DNA of 64,000 nt from an uncultured delta proteobacterium (GCA_963816145.1 CAWFJP010000031.1:224001-288000), one strand, 5' to 3'. Positions 20,618 to 31,298 are shown, counted from the stretch's first letter. The notes: generated by a model from the letters alone, not told the origin. Numbers and translations are program-made.

Positions 20618-21781
20618 ATGAGTAGATCGCTAATCATCTCCGGTCACTATCGCCGTCCCACCGGTTATGGGGGCCATGTCAGAGAAATTGTCCGCGCGTT
20701 GCACAAACTCGGAATCCATGTGCAGCTCGTGGATCTTCCCACTGGTAGCCACGGTGCCTTGCCTGAAGGCAAGCGTGATTCCTGGTTCGATAAATTGCAC
20801 CGCCCGGTCAGTGCCGGCGCCATCCTGCACATTTGTTTACCAAATCAGGCGGAAATTGTTGACGGGATACTCAACGTCAACTGGACAACCTTCGAATCGA
20901 CGCGAATTCCCGAAACCTGGGCAAAGCGCAGCTTGCGACAGGATCTAGTCGTGCTGCCCACCCAATCATCCAAGAAGGCTTGGATGGCAAGCGGGATTAG
21001 CGAAGAGCATGTCAGGCTCTGTCCGCTGGCGGTTGACTCGGGCCGGTTTCATCCGGGCGTCCAGCCATTGGGGCTAGGGCGCCGAAGGGGGCGCAGCGTT
21101 CTTGAATACAAAACAAGATTCCTAAATATTTCTGATTTTATCTCCGCGCCGAGAAAAAATATTCTCGGCATGTTGCGGGTCTGGATAAAAACAACCAGCG
21201 CGAATGATGACGCAATTCTGATCTTGAAGCTAAGTGGTTATAGGTATCGGTGGTGGCGGCCCGATCGATTCAAGCGCACCCTCTCGGCAATCGAGAGAGA
21301 GATCGGCAAGTCGAGAAAGAAAGCCGCTCCGGTAGTTTTTTACGACCAAGTTTTGTCCGAGTCTCAAATGCCCAGTCTCTACGCCGCAGCGACGCATTAC
21401 TGGAGCATGTCCTGTGGAGAAGGTTGGGACTTACCCATGATGGAGGCGGGAGCCATGGGTTTGCATCTCATCGCCCCCGAACACAGCGCGTATACCGCTT
21501 ACCTCGATGAGTCTGTCGCTCAAATGATACCCTCTCAAAGAGTTCCAGCAGATTTTAACGGGGGCAAGGGCTTCATAGGAGGGCTTTTTAATGGCTCTGA
21601 TTGGTGGCAGCCCGATGAAGAAGCCGCGGCGGACTTTGTACGCCAAGCCATTAAAACGGCGGGTAACGGATTGCCGACGGCGAGGGCGCGTATTGCCAAC
21701 GAATTCACCTGGGAACAATCGGCAAAGTGTCTCATCAAGATACTTGAAGAACTGTACGAGCGACATGGCAAGAAGTTTTGA
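20618..21781 (+). CDS. Glycosyltransferase family 4 (GT-B)
   Basis: PTGYGGHVREIVRAL, WTTFES, PRKNILGML, GEGWDLPMMEAGAMG. Confidence 0.85.
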   Translation: MSRSLIISGHYRRPTGYGGHVREIVRALHKLGIHVQLVDLPTGSHGALPEGKRDSWFDKLHRPVSAGAILHICLPNQAEIVDGILNVNWTTFESTRIPETWAKRSLRQDLVVLPTQSSKKAWMASGISEEHVRLCPLAVDSGRFHPGVQPLGLGRRRGRSVLEYKTRFLNISDFISAPRKNILGMLRVWIKTTSANDDAILILKLSGYRYRWWRPDRFKRTLSAIEREIGKSRKKAAPVVFYDQVLSESQMPSLYAAATHYWSMSCGEGWDLPMMEAGAMGLHLIAPEHSAYTAYLDESVAQMIPSQRVPADFNGGKGFIGGLFNGSDWWQPDEEAAADFVRQAIKTAGNGLPTARARIANEFTWEQSAKCLIKILEELYERHGKKF

Positions 21782-21950
21782 ATCGGCCCAAAAAATTTTC
21801 CCGGGCAGAGAAATTTGCAAGTAACCTCAAATCTGCCGGACGACATGAGCGAGTCTTTAGCCAGATGACGCAGTCGAACGAATTTTTATAAATTTTTCCT
21901 TGAAAGAAATCTAAAAGCAGCATTTTTTTGCAACTGTCCAGAGAGATCTG

Positions 21951-23300
21951 ATGAAGATTCTGTTGACGATGAACCTGCCGTATACGCGCGTGTATGGCGG
22001 CGCCAACCGGTCCAATCGCAGCCTGGCCGAAGCGCTCGCTGGTAGACATCATTCTCTGCGGGTGGTGGTGCCTGCGCTCGCCGCCCTCAGCCCAATAAGT
22101 CATCAACAGCTCCTTGAAGAGCTAGCGGCTGAAGGGATTCGCGTGGTCTCTAACGGCGAGATCGACGTTTTCAATTTGCATGGTGTCGACGTACACGCAG
22201 TGGTAGACCCATCCCGACTCCACAGCTATCTGGTGGAGCAAATTCGTGAGTTTACGCCGGATTGGACGTTGGTATCTTCTGAAGATCGGTCACAGAGCTT
22301 GTTGGAGACCGCGTTAAAGGTTCAGCCTTCCCGGGTAATCTATCTGGCGCATACGCCGCAGATGTTTCCGTTTGGGCCGGCCGGTTTATATCCCGGGAAG
22401 AGAAGAACTGAACTTATCGGGCAAGCAAGCGCCGTTGTCACTATTAGCCGGTTTGTCGCCGATTACATTCAAAAATGGACTGGAATCGAGTCGTTCATAC
22501 ACCACCCGCCTCACTACGGTTCCGGGCCGTTTCCGCAATGCGGTCGTGCCGACAACGGCTATGTATTGATGATGAATGCTTGCGCGGTGAAGGGAATCTC
22601 AATTTTCCTAGCACTCGCGCGGGCGCTGCCCGATATACAATTTGCCGCCCTTCCGGGCTGGGGCACGACCACTGTGGACCGGGCGGCCCTCAGCGCGCTA
22701 CCTAACGTGAATTTGTTAGAAAATCGCAAGAATCTCGATGAAATTTTACATCGGACTCGCGCCCTGCTCATGCCTTCGTTGTGGGTCGAGGGATTCGGCA
22801 TGGCCGTGGTAGATGCCATGCTGCGCGGGATTCCTGTCTTAGCAAGTAACTATGGCGGTCTCGTCGAGGCCAAGTTAGGAACGGATTACTTGCTGCCTGT
22901 ACACCCGATCGAACGGTTTGAAGATTATCTTGATGAAAATATGCTTCCGGTCCCGCTGGTTCCAAAGCAAGAGATCGCTCCCTGGCAGGATGCGCTTAGC
23001 CGCTTACTTTCGGATCGCGCATTGCATGAGCGGCAATCGGCCGCGGCGCATGACGCGGCATTGAGATTCGTCTCTCGCCTCGGTGTCGAACCTTTTGAAG
23101 ATTTCTTGCTTCGCCTGGTTACCGAACCGAAGGCAAGCCGCCGGCAAATTTCGGTTACACTGAAAGATCAAGGTGCACAAGGCGCGGAGTCAGGCACAGA
23201 GGGGAGGAGCGAGGCGATCGCCGACCTCACTCCAGAGCAGCAAGCGCTGCTGATATTACGACTGCGTAAAAATGCCGCTAGCCGGGAAAAAAAGCGCTAG
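21951..23300 (+). CDS. Glycosyltransferase family 4 with a C-terminal NRPS docking-like helix
   Basis: YGGANRSNRSLAEAL, VKGISIF, PSLWVEGFGMAVVDAMLRGIPVLASNYGGL; tail IADLTPEQQALLILRLRK. Confidence 0.85.
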   Translation: MKILLTMNLPYTRVYGGANRSNRSLAEALAGRHHSLRVVVPALAALSPISHQQLLEELAAEGIRVVSNGEIDVFNLHGVDVHAVVDPSRLHSYLVEQIREFTPDWTLVSSEDRSQSLLETALKVQPSRVIYLAHTPQMFPFGPAGLYPGKRRTELIGQASAVVTISRFVADYIQKWTGIESFIHHPPHYGSGPFPQCGRADNGYVLMMNACAVKGISIFLALARALPDIQFAALPGWGTTTVDRAALSALPNVNLLENRKNLDEILHRTRALLMPSLWVEGFGMAVVDAMLRGIPVLASNYGGLVEAKLGTDYLLPVHPIERFEDYLDENMLPVPLVPKQEIAPWQDALSRLLSDRALHERQSAAAHDAALRFVSRLGVEPFEDFLLRLVTEPKASRRQISVTLKDQGAQGAESGTEGRSEAIADLTPEQQALLILRLRKNAASREKKR

Positions 23301-23336
23301 CGGTTCAGCGCAGCCAGGCGGCGAAAAGCCGAAAAT

Positions 23337-24362
23337 TCAATGATCGGAAAAATTTTCACGAAACGAATAAATCTTGATACCGTGTTCGGGACTGCATACA
23401 GCTAAACGATTCTTGTGGATGGCAACTCCTTTGGGCCCTCCTTCCATTTTATTGCTCGCGTTAACTGCTTGAAAAATATTGTCCGGACCGACAATTTTTT
23501 GCAACACGGGCGATTGTGACCAGCGCATTTTCCAAAAGCGCTTTTTGGGCTCGTAGACGCTGAAATAGTTAGCTCCCGCATTCGTGACAACTAAATGATT
23601 GGTCTCGGGGGTAAATCCTACGGAGTGCGGGTATCGGAATCCCCGGTCTTTGATGATCGTCACCGGTCGCGGTCCATATGTGAATTTCAGCCGTGAGAGA
23701 ATCGGTTTACGGCGTTGATAAATGCTCACCGTGTGATTGCCATGGTTGGCGATGGCAAGCCAGGTTCCGCATTGCGAAAAAGCCAAGCCATCCGGCCTGA
23801 AGACGCCGTGTTTTAATTCGAAGACAGGTTCCAAGTTAAAGCCGATTGAAGCGCCGGAGGCTTTTCGGTAAAAAATTATTCTGCTGCTTCTCAGATTGCA
23901 CGCTGCCAGGTAATCATTGTCCGGCGGGACAAAAGCAACGCCATCGGTGTAATTTAATCTCGTCTCCGGGCCGCGAATTTCAAAGGCAGGAACCGGACCA
24001 TAATTATCGTTGGCTCGATTTTTTTCATATATGGCAATTGATCCGGCGCGTTGAGCGACAGCGAGCAGTTCGGTGTCGCCCGACAGTGAAAATGACAGAT
24101 CGTGCGGATAGTTTAGTCTCGAGGCAGGTCCGTTGATGCTCCAATAGGGTGTATCTTCGAATGATCCGTCTGGTTTTCTGCGAAACAGAAAGACCGTGTT
24201 AGTATCTGAAGTAGCGACGCCTAGTATGTTCCCCGAAGCCGAAAAGGCTATGCCTTCAAATCTTTGTAAATTATTTGGCGGCGCAAGATTCTGAACGGAA
24301 GCATCACTTGCTTCAATCTCGACTCCGGAGTTGCCAACCGATCCATTTCCATCTCGCATCAC
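23337..24362 (-). CDS. Beta-propeller repeat protein (lactonase/YncE/NHL-like)
   Basis: Repeated blades FEGIAFS, YPHDLSFS, YTDGVAFV, RPDGLAFS, YPHSVGFT, GPKGVAIH. Confidence 0.75.
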   Translation of the reverse strand: MMRDGNGSVGNSGVEIEASDASVQNLAPPNNLQRFEGIAFSASGNILGVATSDTNTVFLFRRKPDGSFEDTPYWSINGPASRLNYPHDLSFSLSGDTELLAVAQRAGSIAIYEKNRANDNYGPVPAFEIRGPETRLNYTDGVAFVPPDNDYLAACNLRSSRIIFYRKASGASIGFNLEPVFELKHGVFRPDGLAFSQCGTWLAIANHGNHTVSIYQRRKPILSRLKFTYGPRPVTIIKDRGFRYPHSVGFTPETNHLVVTNAGANYFSVYEPKKRFWKMRWSQSPVLQKIVGPDNIFQAVNASNKMEGGPKGVAIHKNRLAVCSPEHGIKIYSFRENFSDH

Positions 24363-24830
24363 ATTGCCCTCTCATTCAAGTTTACAAATTAGGTAAACTC
24401 GGCAATCTCTTTAATGGCTGGATACTCAGGCCATCCACCTAACAGTTTTTCAATTCGAAAACAAAGGTTGATTTGACGCAGGAGAATTGGCCTATAACCA
24501 GAAGCGCCCGTCTGATTGGGGTCAATTGTTGTTGGTTGAGAACCTCGGGGCTAAACCTTTCACCAATCCTAGCGGATTACGTTAGCCGTGTGAGAGAAGT
24601 AAGCAAACAAACAACGCCTGACACCGAAGCTCGCCCTTGACAGCGAGGCTCGCGTTCGACGTTTTCGCGTTCTAGCAACCGAAGGTTCGTTGTCCTTGAC
24701 GGGTGAATTAGATTTGCCTTATGTTGCGCGCAGCTGACACCGACTTACTTGCTCGATGGCGTCCGATCTCTTTTGCTCCCGCAGCGTCGACGGCAGGCGG
24801 AGGAATCGGATCGATGGCAGGACGGCTTTG

Positions 24831-25814
24831 ATGAAATCGGTGAAATATTTGGCAGCATTTATTCTCGCTGTCGTGTGGCTGACGGCGCGTTGGACGACAA
24901 GCGCGCATGCGCAGGGTAAGAGTCCGGCTGTCAAGATCCGGCTCGCCACACCTTCGGCATCGCTGAGCTATTTGCCGATCCATGTGGCGCTCCAACGGGG
25001 CTTCTATGCCAAACGGGGTTTCGATATCGAAGTCATTCAGATGGCAGCGGGTTTGGTGGCTCCGGCGCTGCTTAACCGGGCGATCGATTACACGACAATT
25101 CCCAGCGGCCCGGCCACGGCGGGGGCGCGCGGCGCGCCGCTGAAAGTGATTTGCTTTACATCCGTGAAACTCCAGCATGTGCTGGTCGCCCGGCCGGAAA
25201 TCCTGGCGGTCAGCGATCTCGCCGGTAAAAGGATCGGCGCCGGGAGCCTTGGCACTCTGCCGGCTTATGAGGTTCGGGTGCTTATCGACAAATATCACTT
25301 GGGCGCGAACACGATCATCATCCCGTTGAATTCGACCAACGATCGGATGATTGCGACGCAACGGGGGACGATCGATGCCACCGTGGTGCCGGTGCCGTCC
25401 GACTTGAAGGCCGAAGAGCTGGGGTTGCGACGGCTGCTACAGATGGGCTCGATACTGCCGATTCCCCAAGCCGGATTCGCCACCAGCGAGGAAAAAATCA
25501 AGACCGCACGCCAGGAGATTGTCGAACTTCTCAAGGCGACGATCGAAGGGATCGATTACACTTGGACGCAACGCGAGGGGACCATCGAGATCATCGCCAA
25601 ATGGATGAAGCTCAATCCTGTACAAGCGGCCAAGGCGTATGACTCGGTGCGCGACACGTTCTCAAAAATCGGCGTGCCCACCGAGGAGCAGGCGAAAGCC
25701 TACATCGCGATGCTCAGCTCGACGGCGAGTTTGAAGGGAGATGTGGCGGCGGGGTCGATCTTCGATTTCTCGCTGGCCGCGGAGGCGGCCAAAGAAATGA
25801 CGCAGAAAAAATAG
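24831..25814 (+). CDS. ABC transporter substrate-binding protein (NMT1/SsuA-like)
   Basis: Signal peptide, YLPIHVALQRGFYAKRGFD, DLAGKRIG. Confidence 0.85.
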   Translation: MKSVKYLAAFILAVVWLTARWTTSAHAQGKSPAVKIRLATPSASLSYLPIHVALQRGFYAKRGFDIEVIQMAAGLVAPALLNRAIDYTTIPSGPATAGARGAPLKVICFTSVKLQHVLVARPEILAVSDLAGKRIGAGSLGTLPAYEVRVLIDKYHLGANTIIIPLNSTNDRMIATQRGTIDATVVPVPSDLKAEELGLRRLLQMGSILPIPQAGFATSEEKIKTARQEIVELLKATIEGIDYTWTQREGTIEIIAKWMKLNPVQAAKAYDSVRDTFSKIGVPTEEQAKAYIAMLSSTASLKGDVAAGSIFDFSLAAEAAKEMTQKK

Positions 25815-26006
25815 CGCCAAGACGATAGAGGCTCGGGATTGGATTGGTTGTTAAGCTTACGCCATGTGCGACATTCGCCGCCACCTCTTGAACGAACGGG
25901 CCATGGACAGAGCTCATGCGCCGTTTTAGCATGTTTCAATGCCTGAGCCTTGTTCCGTCTCCTTACGGGCGATGGTTCTATGTTCGGGAAGTTCGCGAGA
26001 CGCGCC

Positions 26007-27563
26007 ATGAAGAATCGTGAAATCGACGCCGCCTGGGCTTACCATAACGGCACGAAACATTCGTATCAAAGTATCCGGGCCAATCCCCACTATTTGGACT
26101 TTGAGAACCAGCCGCTTCCCTTTAAAATTTACTCTGAGTTAGAGCCAACCGCTTTGCCCCCGCATCTGTCCTCTTCGGGGATGCCATCCCTGGCCGCGAT
26201 TTCGGCGGCCGATGCGCGGCGGGATCGTCAAGTCACACCCACGCGGCAAACCCTCGCGGAGATTCTGTTTCTCAGCGCCGGCGTCACCAGACGGCGAAAA
26301 TATCCAGGCGTTGAAATGTTGTTTCGCGCTGCGGCTTGCACCGGTGCCCTATATCACATCGATCTGTATCTTGTTTGCGCCGATCTCCAAGATCTTCCCG
26401 CCGGAATTTACCACTTCGGCCCCCATGACTTCGCGCTGCGCCGCCTGCGCCAGGGGGATTTTCGCGGCGTCCTGACTCGGGCGAGCGGTCAAGAACCCTC
26501 GGTCGTCGACGCCCCGGCGGTTTTGCTTTGTGCTTCGACGTTCTGGCGCAATGCCTGGAAATATCAAGCCCGTGCTTATCGCCACTGTTACTGGGATAAC
26601 GGCACGATTCTCGCTAATCTTTTGGCGGCCGCGGCGGCGCGCGCGCTCGCCGCGAAAGTAGTCGTTGGTTTTGTCGATGCCGCGATCAGCACGCTGTTGG
26701 GGTTAGATCCTAAACGCGAGGCAGCGCTATCGTTGGTCTCGCTTGGTTGCGGTGCGGCTCACCCGGTCCAATCCTCGACGCCGCTAGAGCCGCTGGTTTT
26801 GCAAACCGAGCCGCTATCCAAGACGGAAGTCGACTATCCTGCCATGCGGGCGATGCATGAGGCTTCGTCGTTGGCGAGCGAAGACGAGGTCGTTCGGTGG
26901 CGCGCAGCGAGCGACAACCACAGCGGTGAGAAAGACGATCGGAGCGCTAACGGCGGCCGCCGATTTTTCCTCCACGCGCTGAGCGATGACGAGGTGCCAT
27001 CCGAAACGATCGAGGACGTTATCGTTCGGCGCGGTTCGACGCGCCAATTTGCCCGCGAGTCGATCACCTTCGGTCAACTTTCCATACTGCTCGACCGGGC
27101 TACCCGCGGCATCCCTGCTGATTTTCTCAGTGCCGGTGACTCGCTCAACGAGCTTTACCTAATCGTTCATGCGGTGGACGATCTTGCCTCTGGGGCCTAC
27201 GTCTACCGGCGCGATCTGCACGCGCTCGAGTTGCTCAAGGAAGGCGACTTTCGCCGTGAAGCGGGTGATCTCGGCTTGGGTCAGGACATTCCAGCGGATT
27301 GCAGCGTCAACGTATATTTCCTGGCGGACCTCAATCGAGTCTTGGGCCGTTTCGGCAACCGCGGCTATCGCGCCGCCCAGCTCGAAGCCAGTATCATGGG
27401 CGGCAAGCTTTACCTGGCGGCCTACGCCCAGGGCCTGGGCGCCTCCGGCCTAACGTTCTTCGATGATGATGTGACCGAGTTCTTCTCGCCCCACGCGGCG
27501 GGCAAGAGCGTGATGTTTTTGATTGCGCTGGGAAAGTCGGTCAAGCGTAAAAGCCAGCTGTAA
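26007..27563 (+). CDS. SagB/ThcOx-family dehydrogenase with two nitroreductase-like domains
   Basis: YHNGTKH, RAAACTGALY, WKYQARAYRHCYWDNG; second domain RRGSTRQF and RGYRAAQLEA. Confidence 0.85.
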   Translation: MKNREIDAAWAYHNGTKHSYQSIRANPHYLDFENQPLPFKIYSELEPTALPPHLSSSGMPSLAAISAADARRDRQVTPTRQTLAEILFLSAGVTRRRKYPGVEMLFRAAACTGALYHIDLYLVCADLQDLPAGIYHFGPHDFALRRLRQGDFRGVLTRASGQEPSVVDAPAVLLCASTFWRNAWKYQARAYRHCYWDNGTILANLLAAAAARALAAKVVVGFVDAAISTLLGLDPKREAALSLVSLGCGAAHPVQSSTPLEPLVLQTEPLSKTEVDYPAMRAMHEASSLASEDEVVRWRAASDNHSGEKDDRSANGGRRFFLHALSDDEVPSETIEDVIVRRGSTRQFARESITFGQLSILLDRATRGIPADFLSAGDSLNELYLIVHAVDDLASGAYVYRRDLHALELLKEGDFRREAGDLGLGQDIPADCSVNVYFLADLNRVLGRFGNRGYRAAQLEASIMGGKLYLAAYAQGLGASGLTFFDDDVTEFFSPHAAGKSVMFLIALGKSVKRKSQL

Positions 27564-27803
27564 TGCATCGTGTTGTCGGGCAGTAAAATCCTGAGCGTTG
27601 CAAGCGATAGGCTGGATGGTGCGGGTTTCGCGGAATCGCTGCTCGATTGCGGGCAAAAAAATCCGGCTGTCGTACCGCGGCCACTGCTGGCAATTCTATC
27701 TAATGGCATAGCCAAATAGCTTGCGGTATTTCTAGAGCAACCTATTGCGGATATACGTTCGAACGCAATATACATTGGCGCAGACTAATCCGGGAGAACT
27801 AAC

Positions 27804-28607
27804 ATGGCTTTACGCATCAATGATTCGGAATTTTACGCGATCGACGCTCACTCCCATTTGGGACGTCGCAAGACACCGTTGGGACATGGCGTGGCGAGCT
27901 TCCTTGGCGAAGACTTGGTGCGCAACTTGGACGAAGCCGGCTTGGACTGTGCCGTGGCATTTCCCTTGGGAGCTTCTTACACCGACTATTCGGAAGCGAA
28001 TCAGATCATGGCCGAGGAAATGGCCAAGTATCCCAAACGGATCATCAGCTTTTGCCGTATCAATCCGAATTTCGGCCCCGAAGCCACTGTGAAAGCTCTC
28101 GATCATTGTCTCGGCACTTTGAAACTCAGGGGCATCAAACTTCATCCGGAGATCGAGTTCTTCGATCCCAATGAGGCCGAGCTCATGGAGCCCATTTATG
28201 ACGCGGCGCGCCGCTACCATGTGCCGATTATTTTCCACACCGGGATGTCGAGCAAAGCATCGCCGGGTGTGATCGCCGAGCTTGCGGCCCAGCATAAAGA
28301 TGTGCCGGTTATTCTCGGCCACATGGGCGTGTCGGAATATGTCAAACTGGCGGTGGCCGTCGCGCGGCAGAACGAGAATATATTCTTGGAAACTTCCGTG
28401 GTCGGTTGGATGCCGCTGCTATTGGAAGCGTTTCGCGGCGTCGGCACGAGCAAGATTCTCTTCGGCTCTGATCACCCTTATAATCCTCTACCCATGGAAG
28501 TGGAGAAGATCGCCAAACATGTGACGAAAGCCGCCAAGCTCAAACCGGACGATTTGAAAAAGGTGTTTGCCGATAATTTCTTATCCATTTTGAAGCATGA
28601 CCGCTAA
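27804..28607 (+). CDS. Amidohydrolase 2 family protein
   Basis: IDAHSH, GIKLHP, IFHTG, ILGHMG, FGSDHP. Confidence 0.9.
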   Translation: MALRINDSEFYAIDAHSHLGRRKTPLGHGVASFLGEDLVRNLDEAGLDCAVAFPLGASYTDYSEANQIMAEEMAKYPKRIISFCRINPNFGPEATVKALDHCLGTLKLRGIKLHPEIEFFDPNEAELMEPIYDAARRYHVPIIFHTGMSSKASPGVIAELAAQHKDVPVILGHMGVSEYVKLAVAVARQNENIFLETSVVGWMPLLLEAFRGVGTSKILFGSDHPYNPLPMEVEKIAKHVTKAAKLKPDDLKKVFADNFLSILKHDR

Positions 28608-28705
28608 GTCCGATGTTCGAATGCTTGTGTTAAAGATGAGGAGCAACGTCCACTCCTCTGTCATGCTCCCTGGCAATTTAGCAATGGCAACGATACGGAG
28701 GTTAA

Positions 28706-29710
28706 ATGAAACCGTCTGAGGAATCGCTTCGATTCAGTTTATTGACAGTTTTAATAGGGATGTTTTTCGTTTGCGTCACCGTTTCATCCCGAGCGCGCGC
28801 CGCTGAGGTGGCCTCGGTGCGGGCGAACTACGCGGCCTTTAGCGGCGCCTTCGCTCCGCTGTGGATCGCGGCGGATAGAAATCTGTTCACCAAATACGGC
28901 TTGAACGTCGACATCCGCTACATCGCCCCGGCCACGGCGACTCAGGCGCTCATCGGCAAGAACCTCGACATCATAAATCCCGGAGGCGAGATCGTCGAAG
29001 CAGGATTGAACGGCGAACCGGTCGTCTATATCGCCGGCATTATGAATCGCGCGGTGATGTCGATCTATGCGAAACCGGAAATCGGTTCACTGGCCGATCT
29101 GAAGGGCAAGGTGTTGGCGGTGACTGTGCCGGGGTCCACCACCGACTTCGCCGCGCGGGTTTTGCTTCAGCAGGCGCGCTTGACGCCGGGTAAAGACGTC
29201 AAACTTATCTATCTAAAAGGCATGGTGGAGATCCTTACCGGCATCAATCAGGGCAACGCAGATGCGGGCATCTTCACGTCGCCAACGACTTTGAAAGCGC
29301 AACACGCCGGATTGAAGGAATTGGTCAACGTCACCGAGCAGAATATTCCGATGATTCACGCCGCTCTTGCCAGCACCAAAGATTATGTCAAAAGCCGCCG
29401 CGACGACGCGCGGCGATTTTTGCAAGCATATCTGGAAGGCATCAAGATCTCCCGCACCGAAGCCGACTACACCAAGCAAATCATCGGCAAGTATACCAAG
29501 ACCACCGATGCGGCCGACCTGGAGAATTCCTATCAGACATTCTTGCCGGCATGGGAACGATTGCCGTTGGTGCCGGCCGCGGCGGTGCAGACGATGCTCA
29601 ATTTTGCCAGCCATCCCGGCGCAAAAACAGCGAAGCCCGAAACGTTCATCGACAATTCGATCCTTGTAGAAATCGACAAGTCAGGATTCGTCGATAAGCT
29701 TTACAAATAA
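28706..29710 (+). CDS. ABC transporter substrate-binding protein (NMT1/SsuA-like)
   Basis: Signal peptide, APLWIAADRNLFTKYGL, DLKGKVLAV; RBS ggagg. Confidence 0.87.
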   Translation: MKPSEESLRFSLLTVLIGMFFVCVTVSSRARAAEVASVRANYAAFSGAFAPLWIAADRNLFTKYGLNVDIRYIAPATATQALIGKNLDIINPGGEIVEAGLNGEPVVYIAGIMNRAVMSIYAKPEIGSLADLKGKVLAVTVPGSTTDFAARVLLQQARLTPGKDVKLIYLKGMVEILTGINQGNADAGIFTSPTTLKAQHAGLKELVNVTEQNIPMIHAALASTKDYVKSRRDDARRFLQAYLEGIKISRTEADYTKQIIGKYTKTTDAADLENSYQTFLPAWERLPLVPAAAVQTMLNFASHPGAKTAKPETFIDNSILVEIDKSGFVDKLYK

Positions 29711-29983
29711 GCCCGAATCTCAGCATGAGATTGGCAGCCGCACGAATGTCGCCTTTGATGTACGGCAGTCTGGTGTCGATCCTGGGAAGAATGGGGTCTT
29801 GGCCCTGCACACTATCCGTTGTTAGTTCGCGTTCTGAAATCCTGCATTGTTGGAACTAAAAATTAACGGTCTTAACCCGGTTGCTGGAGACGGAAGGCCG
29901 AGGCGCAATTTTTCATGGCGCACGAGGATGCCGACGATAACAGAACAATCAAATCCAGGAGGATCAACGTAGTTTTCCCACGG

Positions 29984-30841
29984 TCAAGAGAGTCCCTGCT
30001 TGAGAAAATACTCGATATTGCGCTTGACCATATAGGTCTTGCCCATCTGCGCGTAAGAACCAGATTTCATGTGGCTTTCAACTTCGCCTGAAGTTGTTTT
30101 GCCGGCCTTCATTTCCAGCAGTTTCTGGTGAAAGTCGCTCAAGTAGGCGCGAAACTCGGCGAAGGCGGTTTTGTACGCTTCCGCGCCTTCAGAAACCGGC
30201 CCATGGCCGGGAACCACCGAAGCATAGCTCTGGGCCATCAGCTGATCGATGCTGCAAATCCAGTTCGGAATTTCGCCGTAAACCGTCACCGGATGATAGC
30301 GGGTGTAGAGCAGATCGCCGGCGTACAGGATGCGATCCTGCTCGATATAGGCGATCGAATCGCCCAGGCTATGGCTTTTACCGTTGTGCGCCGAGTGGAG
30401 CACCTGCACTTTCACGCCCGATAAATGAATCGTCATCGACTTGGCGAACGTCAGCTGTAATTGGCCCATCTTGAGATCGGGATAACGGCTCTTCAGTCCC
30501 GGCTCCCGGCCGGCCATCTCGGCGAACTTGGCGTCGCCGTCCATCTGCAATGCTTCCCAGCAACCATCGCTGCCGATGATCACCGCGCCGTTTTTCTCGA
30601 AGTAGTGATTCGCCGAGCTGTGATCGAAATTCTCGTGCGTGTTGAGCAGGTACTTGACCCGCGTGCAACCGGCGCGGCGCAAGCCGTCGTCGATCTCGTC
30701 GATTCTACGAATATCGGCGTCGATCAACAGGGCGGAACCGTCAGTGCCTTTGACCAGACCGAAATTGGTCAGGCCGTCGGCGCCGATGATGGCGAACGCC
30801 GAGTCGTTGAACTTATGAAGATTCGCGTTGTTCTTGCCCAT
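29984..30841 (-). CDS. MBL-fold metallo-hydrolase (cyclase-like)
   Basis: NTHENFDH (variant of HxHxDH), SHSLGD, AGDL, VPGHG. Confidence 0.85.
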   Translation of the reverse strand: MGKNNANLHKFNDSAFAIIGADGLTNFGLVKGTDGSALLIDADIRRIDEIDDGLRRAGCTRVKYLLNTHENFDHSSANHYFEKNGAVIIGSDGCWEALQMDGDAKFAEMAGREPGLKSRYPDLKMGQLQLTFAKSMTIHLSGVKVQVLHSAHNGKSHSLGDSIAYIEQDRILYAGDLLYTRYHPVTVYGEIPNWICSIDQLMAQSYASVVPGHGPVSEGAEAYKTAFAEFRAYLSDFHQKLLEMKAGKTTSGEVESHMKSGSYAQMGKTYMVKRNIEYFLKQGLS

Positions 30842-30997
30842 ATCAATTGTTTCTCCATTCAAAATCGCGTCGTACTATTATCGTCATGCCCGGTTGCCGT
30901 CAAGATTCATCAATTCACCCTAATCCGACACTAAATTCGCTTCCACTTGGCATCAGGTGAAAGATGAACCCTTCTCTCCGGGCGATCTGGAACAAGA

Positions 30998-31094
30998 TTT
31001 CCTTCCCCCGTCTCGGGGGAAGGTAGGATGGGGGTCGTCTCTTGCCGCGACTGTTTGCCCCCACCTTCATCCTCCCCCGAGGCGGGGGAGGAAA
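30998..31094. repeat. REP-like inverted pair (CCCCCACC..CCTCCCCCG..CGGGGGAGG family)
   Basis: ttccttcccccgtctcgggggaaggtaggatggggg ... cccccaccttcatcctcccccgaggcgggggaggaa; each unit is itself palindromic. Confidence 0.75.
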
Positions 31095-31298
31095 TAAGAA
31101 GTCACCGCTCGTGATGCTTCTCGGCCTCCGTGAACTCCAACTCTGTGCTCTCAAACTCAAAAAGTATACGCTTCAGCTATTGTCGGTTTAGGGTTCACTG
31201 CGCGCCGCCGCAAGCTGCTTGTTAAGCGGAAAATCTTCGTGGTAGAGGACAGATAGTGCAACGATCGAGAATCATATCTTTTCAGCGCGAGGAGACCC

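Noticed and set aside
26007-27563. SagB-like dehydrogenase as a sign of a thiazole/oxazole RiPP cluster
   Set aside because: No YcaO, E1-like protein or Cys/Ser/Thr-rich precursor nearby; stand-alone tandem nitroreductase-type proteins are common.
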